Source: Candidatus Nomurabacteria bacterium RIFCSPHIGHO2_02_40_30
Lineage (GTDB): Bacteria > Patescibacteriota > Minisyncoccia > Phycocordibacterales > UBA9973
Assembly (NCBI GenBank): GCA_001785445.1
Contig: MFTV01000010.1
Location: 101,566 to 165,565, forward strand
Length of the DNA: 64,000 bases
Reading direction: 5' to 3'
The notes under the pieces were generated by a model. It was given only the letters and a program-made list of their open reading frames with translations. It did no database searches and had not been told where the DNA came from. Of this stretch, positions 35,282 through 43,950 are shown in pieces; within the stretch, counting starts at the first letter, position 1, and every line of letters starts with the position of its first letter. Position numbers and translations under genes: made by a program.

Positions 35282-36778
35282 ATGAAAAAGAAAATCACTT
35301 CAGCGTTGATTTCAGTTTTCAGCAAAGATGGACTTGAAGATATTGTAAAGCTCCTTTCTAAACACGGAGTAAAGATTATTTCTACAGGTGGTACTGCCGA
35401 ATTTATACGTAAACATAATATATCCGTGACTGAGGTAGAAACTATTGCCAAATTTCCGGCAATTTTTGGTGGCAGAGTTAAAACACTTCAACCGCAAATT
35501 TTTGGTGGCATTTTAAATAGGAGAGACAACAAAGAAGACCAGAAGGAAAAAGCTGAACATAAAATAGAAGACATAGACTTAGTAATTGTAGATTTGTATC
35601 CATTTGAGGAAACACTTGCAAGTGGTGCGAATGAAGAAAACATTATTGAAAAAATTGATATAGGAGGAATATCTCTTATTCGCGCGGCAGCTAAAAACTT
35701 TAATGATGTAGTTGTAATATCATCAAAACATCAATACCAAGAGCTAACTAATATATTGAACTTAGGAAATGAAACAAGTCTGGAAGAACGCAGAAAGTTT
35801 GCCGGTGCTGGGTTTGAAGTAACAAGCAAATATGATGCTGCGATAAGAGGATATTTCCAAGGCACATCACTGCGTTATGGAGAGAATCCACATCAAAAAG
35901 CGGAGTTTGTGGGGAACTTGGAAGAAAGTTTTACCCAACTTCACGGAAAAGAACTTTCTTATAATAATCTCATAGACACAGAAGCTGCAATTTTGACGGT
36001 GACTGATTTCCAAAAGCCTGCTTTCGCTATTATCAAACACATGAATGCTTGTGGCCTTGCTGTCAGGGAAGAAGGGGAATTATTTGAAGCTTATAAGGCC
36101 GCCTATGATGCAGACCCTGTCTCAGCATTTGGTGGCATACTCGCGGCCAACAGAACTATTACTGAAGACATCGCCAAACTTATCAAAGAAGTTAAACTTT
36201 TTATCGAAGTAATAATTGCTCCAGACTTTTCGAAAGAAGCTCTAGCTATATTAATGGAGAAAAAAGATTGCCGAATTTTAAAATGGAATAATCCAAACCT
36301 GCCAACAAAACAAAATCGTACTTGCTTTACCGGAATTTTGTCGCAAGACCGAGATACACACGTGGAAACAGGAGAGGACTTAACAGTAGTGACGAAACGC
36401 GCGCCGGACGAAAGAGAAAGAAAAGATTTATTAATTGCCGCAGTGACTACAAAACATTTAAAATCAAATTCTGTTGCGTTGGTGAAAGATGGCACGCTTC
36501 TTGCTATGGGTTGTGGGCAAACTTCGCGCATTGATGCCTTAAAGCAGGCAATAGATAAAGCCCAAAGAATACAGCAATTTGGATTCTCACTTCAAGGTGC
36601 AGTGCTCTCTTCGGAAGCATTCTTTCCATTTCCTGATTGTGTAGAATTGGCTGCTAAAGTGGGAGTTACTGCCGTAATTCAGCCAGGAGGCTCGAAAAAC
36701 GACCAAGCATCCATAGACATGGCTGACAAATATAATCTGGCAATGGCAACAACTGGGTTTAGACATTTCAAACATTAA
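35282..36778 (+). CDS. purH: bifunctional AICAR transformylase / IMP cyclohydrolase
   Basis: ALISVFSKDGL, GGTAEFI and VKTLQPQIFGGIL. The start could also be the ATG at 35270. Confidence 0.9.
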   Translation: MKKKITSALISVFSKDGLEDIVKLLSKHGVKIISTGGTAEFIRKHNISVTEVETIAKFPAIFGGRVKTLQPQIFGGILNRRDNKEDQKEKAEHKIEDIDLVIVDLYPFEETLASGANEENIIEKIDIGGISLIRAAAKNFNDVVVISSKHQYQELTNILNLGNETSLEERRKFAGAGFEVTSKYDAAIRGYFQGTSLRYGENPHQKAEFVGNLEESFTQLHGKELSYNNLIDTEAAILTVTDFQKPAFAIIKHMNACGLAVREEGELFEAYKAAYDADPVSAFGGILAANRTITEDIAKLIKEVKLFIEVIIAPDFSKEALAILMEKKDCRILKWNNPNLPTKQNRTCFTGILSQDRDTHVETGEDLTVVTKRAPDERERKDLLIAAVTTKHLKSNSVALVKDGTLLAMGCGQTSRIDALKQAIDKAQRIQQFGFSLQGAVLSSEAFFPFPDCVELAAKVGVTAVIQPGGSKNDQASIDMADKYNLAMATTGFRHFKH

Positions 36779-36821
36779 TTTTTTAGCTTGTATCATTTTG
36801 TAAAAATGCTAGAATAATTTT

Positions 36822-37340
36822 ATGACAAAAAACCCGAAGGTAGGCATTATTATGGGCTCAGATACGGATTTAGCAATCTTTGCTGAATCAGGAGGAATAC
36901 TTGAAGAATTCGGAATTCCTTATGAAATCACAGTGGCCTCAGCTCATCGCGCGCCTAATTTAGTCCATAAATATATTACGACCGCTAAAGCTCGCGGAAT
37001 TAAAGTTATCGTAGCTGGCGCAGGCGGCGCAGCGCACTTAGCCGGAGTGTGCGCCTCTCTGACAACACTTCCAGTCATCGGAGTCCCAACTAAAGCGAAA
37101 ACTTTAGACGGGCTTGACTCTTTGCTTTCAACAGCCCAGATGCCTCCAGGAGTGCCAGTAGCCACCGTCGGCATCAATGCCGGAAAAAATGCCGGAATTT
37201 TAGCTGTTCAGATATTGGCAACAAGTGATAAAAATCTGGAAGAGAAATTGGTTGTATATAAAAACAAACTTGAACAAGACAATAAAACAAAAGGAGAAAA
37301 ATTAGGAAAAATCGGCTATAAAAAATATTTAGATAAATAA
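36822..37340 (+). CDS. purE: N5-CAIR mutase-like PurE (looks class I)
   Basis: [15 protein letters not shown] and [10 protein letters not shown]. Confidence 0.9.
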   Translation: MTKNPKVGIIMGSDTDLAIFAESGGILEEFGIPYEITVASAHRAPNLVHKYITTAKARGIKVIVAGAGGAAHLAGVCASLTTLPVIGVPTKAKTLDGLDSLLSTAQMPPGVPVATVGINAGKNAGILAVQILATSDKNLEEKLVVYKNKLEQDNKTKGEKLGKIGYKKYLDK

Positions 37341-37342
37341 AA

Positions 37343-38464
37343 ATGACGAACAAAAAAAATGAATACGCAAAGGCGGGTGTAGATTATACTGTCATGGAGC
37401 CATTTAAGATGGCGATGATTGAAGCCGGTAAAAAAACACTAAAATTCCCCAATAAAAGGGGAGTCTTTATAAATAAAGATGCAACACATGCCCATGGCGC
37501 AGTATTTGAATATCGTGGTAAAGAGCCACATATTTGGTGCCAAACACAGGAAGATCTAGGAAATAAAAACTGGATTGCCGAATGGATGTATCAAAAAACT
37601 GGCAAATCTTATTACGAATCCATAGCTATCGACACAGCACTGATTGTGGTAAATGACGTCATAGCCCAGGGCGCTATGCCGGTGGTTTTCACAGATCAAC
37701 TGGAAGCAAGTAGAAGCGATTGGTATAAAGATAAAAAACGAGCGCAAGATTTCGCAAATGGTTTTCTAAAAATCTGCCGTGAAGTAGGCATGGCTCTGCC
37801 GGCAGGAGAATCTGCCAGCGTAACTTATATAATAAATCCAAAAGCTCCGGTTAAAGAAATAGTCAGCTTGAGCGGTTCAGTCATCGGAATAGTGACGCCT
37901 AAAGAAAATTTAATTACTGGTCAAGATTTGACTGTCGGTGACCATATTATCGGCGTAGCTTCTTCGGGACTTCACGCCAACGGAATTAGCTTAGTTATTA
38001 AAAAAGCACTCGAACTCCCCAAACAATTTTTAACAAAGCTCCCGAATGGCAAGACTCTGGGCGAAGAAGCGCTTATTCCTACCCGCTCATACGTAGCTCT
38101 GATTGAAGCCTTGCTTAAAAATAAAATAAAAATTCACGCTCTACTCCCAGGGACAGGGGATGGAGTAGGTAAAATTGCTTTTGATAAGAGACCATTTACT
38201 TACAGAATTCATTCTTGGCTTAGTATTCCGCCTTTGTTTAAATTTTTTCATGAACAGTTAAAAATTTCGCTTGAGAATTGTCTGAAAACTTTCAATTGGG
38301 GAGTAGGGTATTACATTTTTGCCCCAAAAGAAGAAGTTGCTAAAATACTAAAAATCGGTGAAGATAAGGGGTACGTAATGGCGGACGTGGGTATTGTAGA
38401 AAAGGGCAAGCGACAAGTTATTTTCGAACCGGAAAAAATTATTCTGATGCCGCCGGGGAAATAA
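37343..38464 (+). CDS. purM: divergent phosphoribosylformylglycinamidine cyclo-ligase (AIR synthetase)
   Basis: Collinear with PurM: YAKAGVDY, IAIDTALIVVNDVIAQGA, GDHIIGVASSGLHANGISLV, TFNWGVGYYI. The DGVGTK loop reads QEDLGNK instead. Confidence 0.75.
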   Translation: MTNKKNEYAKAGVDYTVMEPFKMAMIEAGKKTLKFPNKRGVFINKDATHAHGAVFEYRGKEPHIWCQTQEDLGNKNWIAEWMYQKTGKSYYESIAIDTALIVVNDVIAQGAMPVVFTDQLEASRSDWYKDKKRAQDFANGFLKICREVGMALPAGESASVTYIINPKAPVKEIVSLSGSVIGIVTPKENLITGQDLTVGDHIIGVASSGLHANGISLVIKKALELPKQFLTKLPNGKTLGEEALIPTRSYVALIEALLKNKIKIHALLPGTGDGVGKIAFDKRPFTYRIHSWLSIPPLFKFFHEQLKISLENCLKTFNWGVGYYIFAPKEEVAKILKIGEDKGYVMADVGIVEKGKRQVIFEPEKIILMPPGK

Positions 38465-38537
38465 TTATGAATCCCGTTAGAAATCAACTAACGGGAAATT
38501 AAAAGAGAAAATTATAAATGTTAAAATTTCTAACGGG

Positions 38538-39470
38538 ATGAATATACTAAAAGAAACAAATTTTAACAACTTGGGGAAAAAATATACTGGTAAAGTTAGA
38601 GATGTTTATATCCAGAATGACAAAATTATAATGGTTTCCACTGACAGATATTCCGCTTTTGACCGCAATCTGGCGCTCATTCCTTGTAAGGGACAAGTTT
38701 TAACTCAAGTTACTGATTTTTGGTTTAATCAAACTAAAGATATAGTACAAAATCACGTTATTGAAATACCAGACCCAAATACAGTAGTAGCTAAAAAATG
38801 CACCGTGTTGCCAGTGGAGATGGTAGTGCGCGGCTACATTACCGGAGTTACTGGAACTTCCACTTGGACTCTATACCAAAAGGGGCAGAGAGACTTCGGG
38901 GATTTTGTTTTGCCTGACGGAATGAAAAAAAATCAAAAACTGGATAAACCGGTCATAACTCCTACGACGAAACACGAAGCTCACGACAGGCCCTTGACTA
39001 GCAAAATTATTTTAGAAGAAAAAATGATGTCACCGGAGATTTGGCAAAAAATTTCTGATATCTCTTTGAAGCTTTTCGCCCGCGGGCAGGAAGTTGCCTT
39101 AAATAGGGGACTGATTCTGGTAGACACTAAATACGAATTTGGTTTAGATAAAAATAACGAGATAATGCTGATAGACGAGATTCATACGCCGGACTCTTCT
39201 AGGTACTGGCAGGCGGACTCATATAAAGGTAGAATTGAGCAAGGTTTAGAGCCAGAAAATTTTGATAAGGAGTTTCTGCGCTTGTGGTTTAAAGATAACT
39301 GCGACCCGTATAAAGATGAAAAACTTCCAGAAGCGCCAGTGGGGATGGTGACTGAACTTTCCCGAAGATATGTAAAAATTTGCGAGCAAATTACTGGAAT
39401 TCCTTTTCAAATGGAAAATGGAGACATCGGGAAGAGGATAGAGGATAATCTAAAAAAATACGCAATATAA
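38538..39470 (+). CDS. purC: SAICAR synthetase (long form)
   Basis: YTGKVRDVY and LILVDTKYEFG. Confidence 0.9.
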   Translation: MNILKETNFNNLGKKYTGKVRDVYIQNDKIIMVSTDRYSAFDRNLALIPCKGQVLTQVTDFWFNQTKDIVQNHVIEIPDPNTVVAKKCTVLPVEMVVRGYITGVTGTSTWTLYQKGQRDFGDFVLPDGMKKNQKLDKPVITPTTKHEAHDRPLTSKIILEEKMMSPEIWQKISDISLKLFARGQEVALNRGLILVDTKYEFGLDKNNEIMLIDEIHTPDSSRYWQADSYKGRIEQGLEPENFDKEFLRLWFKDNCDPYKDEKLPEAPVGMVTELSRRYVKICEQITGIPFQMENGDIGKRIEDNLKKYAI

Positions 39471-39483
39471 AATTACTGATAAT

Positions 39484-40842
39484 ATGTCACTAAATTCAAT
39501 TTCACCAATAGACGGACGCTATGAAAAACAGACTTCTATTTTGTCTCCTTTTTTTAGCGAGAAAGCATTAATGCAGTATAGAGTAATTGTGGAAGGTGAG
39601 TACTTTATTGCCCTTTCGTTATTAAGAAAAACATCTTTGAGGAAATTTAGCAACACAGAGATAAAAAAAGTCAGAAGTTTATACAGGCTTTCTTCTAAAG
39701 ACTTCGAGCATATAAAAAATATCGAACAAAAAACAAATCATGATGTAAAAGCAGTGGAGTACTTTTTAAAAGAAAAACTGGCCAAAACATCCCTTAAAAA
39801 AAGCGTGGAATGGATTCACTTTGGTTTGACGTCCTATGATATTAACACTGTTGCCCGGGGGATGATGCTCGGTGACGCTTTGGAAAAAGTTATTATTCCA
39901 AAAATCATCTTGTTAACAAAAAACATCAATACTATCTCTAAAAAATACAAAGCTTTGCCCATGCTCTCGCGCACCCATGGCCAGAGCGCTTCGCCCACCA
40001 CCTTCGGCAAAGAAATGAAAGTTTTTGAGCAAAGATTAAAAAAACAAACTGACATACTGGAGTTTGTAAGGATATCAGTAAAGTTTAGCGGCGCTACCGG
40101 CAACTTTAATGCACATCATGTAGCTTACCCGAAAGTTGACTGGATTAAATTCGCCAAAAGTTTTATAAACAGTTTAAATAAAAATAGAAAAATCAAACTG
40201 GAGTTAAATTTGCCGACAACCCAGATAGACCCGCATGACAGGGAAATAGAAATTTTTGATTGTTTGCGCAGAATCAATACTATTCTAATAGATTTTAATC
40301 AGGATATTTGGCATTATATTAGCGACGAATGGCTGGTGCAAAAAGTTATCAAAGGCGAAGTAGGCTCTTCCGCTATGCCGCACAAAGTTAACCCCATCAA
40401 TTTCGAAAACAGTGAAGGTAATTTAGGTTTGGCGAATGCTCTTCTTAATTTCTTTTCTAATAAACTGCCAATTTCTCGTCTGCAAAGAGATTTGTCAGAC
40501 TCTACCGTAGAGCGAAACTTCGGTTCAGCTTTGGCTTACTCTTTAATAGCATATGAAAATTTGTTAAAAGGCCTTTCAAAAATTGATGTTAATAAACATA
40601 AAATGGCTAAAGACTTAGACAATCACCCAGAAGTAATTACCGAGGCTATGCAAACGATACTTCGGCGCGAAGGTGTAGCCATGCCGTATGAAAAATTAAA
40701 AGAATTGACTCGTGGTAAAAACATAACAATGGGTGATATTCATAAATTTATTGATACTTTGAAAGTGAGTATTGAGGTAAAAAAAGAGTTAAAAAAAATT
40801 ACTCCTGCGAACTACATAGGTTTAGCTTCAAAACTGGTATAA
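39484..40842 (+). CDS. purB: adenylosuccinate lyase
   Basis: SPIDGRY and the fumarate-lyase signature GSSAMPHKVNP. Confidence 0.9.
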   Translation: MSLNSISPIDGRYEKQTSILSPFFSEKALMQYRVIVEGEYFIALSLLRKTSLRKFSNTEIKKVRSLYRLSSKDFEHIKNIEQKTNHDVKAVEYFLKEKLAKTSLKKSVEWIHFGLTSYDINTVARGMMLGDALEKVIIPKIILLTKNINTISKKYKALPMLSRTHGQSASPTTFGKEMKVFEQRLKKQTDILEFVRISVKFSGATGNFNAHHVAYPKVDWIKFAKSFINSLNKNRKIKLELNLPTTQIDPHDREIEIFDCLRRINTILIDFNQDIWHYISDEWLVQKVIKGEVGSSAMPHKVNPINFENSEGNLGLANALLNFFSNKLPISRLQRDLSDSTVERNFGSALAYSLIAYENLLKGLSKIDVNKHKMAKDLDNHPEVITEAMQTILRREGVAMPYEKLKELTRGKNITMGDIHKFIDTLKVSIEVKKELKKITPANYIGLASKLV

Positions 40843-40848
40843 TGGTTT

Positions 40849-41685
40849 ATGACACTTAAAAAAGCTCTAATTTTTGTGTTGATAATAAATTCTCTGTTTG
40901 GAGCTTGTAGAGCATATGCCCAAAGTTCCAACGCCGGTTTTGTGCCCGGAAATATCTGGTATTCTCTGGACCCATTTCTCGAAGGAGATAAGATAAAAAT
41001 ATATACCTTGATTTTCAACCCTGACCCTAGAGAATTATCAGGTACTGTGGTATTTTTTGATAACAGTGTCTTCTTGGGTAAAAAAGATTTCACTGCTCCG
41101 GCTAAAGGTGTTAAGGACGTATCGATAGACTGGACGGCCACAGTTGGAACTCACAATATTTTCGGTAAAATTGAAAATGCTAAGTTTCTGGTGGCTAAAA
41201 ACAAGTACGAAGAAGTGTACTTGGCGGAAAACGAAACAAGTAAAAGCTCGCGCACGGTCAGCAAAAAAATAGTTGCAAAAATAATTGATACAGCTGATGC
41301 AAGCACAAAGATATCTGACTCTATTGTAAACAAGGCTGGCAACGCTATTTCTGATTCGGTGGAAAATGTTAAAGAAGCAGTTGTAGCTAAAATACCGCAG
41401 TTTGTAGCGAAGCCTTTAACTTTAACCGGAAATGTAATTGAGGGCTGGCGTTCCAGTGTAGGTACTGCCTCGGAAAATAAAAAAGAAGTGGTTCAAACTG
41501 ATATTGAAAAAATAAAGAAGGGAAGTACAAAAAACGATAGTAAATTTTTAGAACCTTTTAAATATGTGGAGCTTTTCTTTTTTACCGTTTTATCTTTTAT
41601 TTTTAATAGTAAATTTATATTTTACAGTATTCTATTTATTATTTTAGCTTTAATTCTGCGTTATATATGGAATTTAATTTTTTAA
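40849..41685 (+). CDS. hypothetical secreted protein with a C-terminal TM anchor
   Basis: ORF with a signal peptide (…FGACRAYAQ) and a hydrophobic tail. Confidence 0.45.
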   Translation: MTLKKALIFVLIINSLFGACRAYAQSSNAGFVPGNIWYSLDPFLEGDKIKIYTLIFNPDPRELSGTVVFFDNSVFLGKKDFTAPAKGVKDVSIDWTATVGTHNIFGKIENAKFLVAKNKYEEVYLAENETSKSSRTVSKKIVAKIIDTADASTKISDSIVNKAGNAISDSVENVKEAVVAKIPQFVAKPLTLTGNVIEGWRSSVGTASENKKEVVQTDIEKIKKGSTKNDSKFLEPFKYVELFFFTVLSFIFNSKFIFYSILFIILALILRYIWNLIF

Positions 41686-41936
41686 TTCGATTTTTGGCTT
41701 GTATGCTGCTCATAGCGTCAATACTTTTTATGCCTTTTGGGGTATCCATGATTTTGGCATTAGCGGGCATGGTTTACTTTTCTTTATTCTTTGAAGCCGT
41801 ACTCGCTTTTTTCCTGTCAGACCTGCTGTATGGAGTGGCAGAAGGTAAGTACTTTGGTATATATTTTACTTTGCTTTCGATTTTATTTTTAATCATAGTG
41901 GAATTACTAAAAAAGAGACTGAAATTCTATCCTTGA
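41667..41936 (+). CDS. hypothetical small polytopic membrane protein
   Basis: ORF with three hydrophobic helices, immediately upstream of mrdA. Confidence 0.4.
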   Translation: MEFNFLIRFLACMLLIASILFMPFGVSMILALAGMVYFSLFFEAVLAFFLSDLLYGVAEGKYFGIYFTLLSILFLIIVELLKKRLKFYP

Positions 41937-41943
41937 GTCTTGT

Positions 41944-43674
41944 ATGATAAGAAAAATGTTCAAAAAAAAGAATAGTGACAAACACTTTTTCGTGGAGCCC
42001 GACGAGATTTTTCTTGACTCAAAAAATTTGCAAAATTTTGACCGTCAGCAATTCGAGGGACGAATAGAAAAATCAATACCTAAAAAGAACATTTTATTTC
42101 TTGGGATTTTATTCCTGCTTTTTTCTGTAACATTTGGCAGCCGTCTGATATATCTGCAAATCCAAAAAGGGGAAGCGTACTTGAAAAGAAGCGAAAATAA
42201 TATTTTAGACAAAGTTATTATCTTTACCGAGAGAGGAATAATCTATGACAGAAATAATGTAAAGCTGGCTTGGAACAGTAGAAATTCGGACGTTGGACGT
42301 CTGAATTCCGGACGTCCAACGTCCGAATCTGAAAACATGCCTATTCGCACATACATGTCACCCGGATTTTCTCATGTATTGGGTTACGTTAGTTACCCAG
42401 CCAAAGACAAGGACGGCAACTATTGGCAAACTGAATTTATGGGTAAAGACGGCTTAGAAAAAGAATACAACGACAAAATCAAAGGAGAAAATGGCTCAAA
42501 AATAATAGAAATAAATGCGTTAAAAGAAATAAATTCCGAAAATATCATAAACATTCCAAAACGAGGGAATAACTTGGTTACAAGTATTGACTCAAAAATT
42601 CAGAAAGAATTGTTTACTTTAATTAAAAATCTGGCAGAAAATAATAACTTTACCGGTGGAGCTGGGATAATAATGGATGTCAGAAATGGAGAAATACTGA
42701 CTTCTACCAGCTTCCCAGAATATAATTCCGAAACTTTATCTCTTGGAGAAGATATATCAGCGATCAATAAGTATATAAACGATAAAAGAAAATTCTTTAT
42801 GGATAGAACTGTTTCCGGACTTTATACTCCAGGCTCGATCGTTAAGCCATTTTTCGCGCTTGGAGCTCTAACTGAAGGCATTATTGACCAATATAAAAAA
42901 ATTCTTTCGACTGGTTCCATCTCAATCCCAAACCCTTATTTTAAAGACCAAAAGACTGTTTTCAAAGACTGGAGAGTAAACGGCTGGACAGATATGAGGG
43001 AGGCTTTGGCTGTTTCTTCTGATGTTTACTTTTACTCTATTGGCGGGGGCTACGGCGACCAAAGAGGCCTTGGTATAACCAATATTGGCAAGTATGCCAG
43101 CCTCTTCGGCATTGGAGAAGCAACTGGGATTGATTTGCCGGACGAAAAAAAGGGCACCATCCCGTCTCCGCAATGGAAAATAGAAAATTTTCAAGGAGAC
43201 CCTTGGCGCATTGGAGACACTTATCATACGGCTATCGGACAATATGGATTCCAAGTTACTCCGGTAGAAATAGTCCGCGCCGTAGCGGCTATAGCAAGTT
43301 ATGGCAAAATGTTAACTCCGCATTTTATACTCAATGACAAAGAAAAGGAAAATAAAACTTCTACAGTCAACTTAAAAAAAGAATACTTTGACATTGTGCG
43401 TGAAGGAATGAGAAAAGCAGTGACAACGGGCACGGCGACAATACTGAATGTGCCCTATGTGCATGTCGCTGTGAAAACCGGAACAGCAGAGCTCGGAGTG
43501 GCTAAAAATAAAGTGAACTCTTGGGTGATGGGCTTCTTGCCGTACGAAGACCCTAAGTACGCTTTCGTGATTATTATGGAGTCGGGCCCCTCGACCGGCG
43601 GCGCTAATGCGTCTTCTGTCATGCGAGGTCTCTTGGACTGGATGTACCTTAACACACCGGAATATTTCGATTAA
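41944..43674 (+). CDS. mrdA: penicillin-binding protein 2 (class B transpeptidase)
   Basis: N-terminal anchor, SxxK (GSIVKPF), SSD(VYF) and KTGTA. Confidence 0.85.
   Translation: MIRKMFKKKNSDKHFFVEPDEIFLDSKNLQNFDRQQFEGRIEKSIPKKNILFLGILFLLFSVTFGSRLIYLQIQKGEAYLKRSENNILDKVIIFTERGIIYDRNNVKLAWNSRNSDVGRLNSGRPTSESENMPIRTYMSPGFSHVLGYVSYPAKDKDGNYWQTEFMGKDGLEKEYNDKIKGENGSKIIEINALKEINSENIINIPKRGNNLVTSIDSKIQKELFTLIKNLAENNNFTGGAGIIMDVRNGEILTSTSFPEYNSETLSLGEDISAINKYINDKRKFFMDRTVSGLYTPGSIVKPFFALGALTEGIIDQYKKILSTGSISIPNPYFKDQKTVFKDWRVNGWTDMREALAVSSDVYFYSIGGGYGDQRGLGITNIGKYASLFGIGEATGIDLPDEKKGTIPSPQWKIENFQGDPWRIGDTYHTAIGQYGFQVTPVEIVRAVAAIASYGKMLTPHFILNDKEKENKTSTVNLKKEYFDIVREGMRKAVTTGTATILNVPYVHVAVKTGTAELGVAKNKVNSWVMGFLPYEDPKYAFVIIMESGPSTGGANASSVMRGLLDWMYLNTPEYFD
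42284..42328. repeat. perfect 18-bp inverted repeat (9-nt loop) embedded in frame in mrdA
   Basis: ATTCGGACGTTGGACGTC-tgaattccg-GACGTCCAACGTCCGAAT. The GGACGT unit occurs four times. Confidence 0.9.
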
Positions 43675-43692
43675 TTTGCATTTTTCACCTTC

Positions 43693-43938
43693 ATGAAATA
43701 CAATATATCCATGAAAAAAGCTTACATACTTTTAGTTTTAGGCATCTGGGTGGCAGTTTTGCCATATTTAGGTTTTCCATATTCTTGGAAAGATATTTTA
43801 TTTACCATTACCGGTCTGGGATTAATTTGTTTAAGCTATATTATGTACAAAGAATCTAAAAAAGAAGAAATTACTCCGGAGAAAATTTTTGATAATTTTT
43901 CAGAAAATCTTGATAGCATCGGCGAAGAAAAAATATAA
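43693..43938 (+). CDS. hypothetical small 2-TM protein
   Basis: ORF only. The start may be the second ATG at 43711. Confidence 0.4.
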   Translation: MKYNISMKKAYILLVLGIWVAVLPYLGFPYSWKDILFTITGLGLICLSYIMYKESKKEEITPEKIFDNFSENLDSIGEEKI

Positions 43939-43950
43939 TAACATATAACA

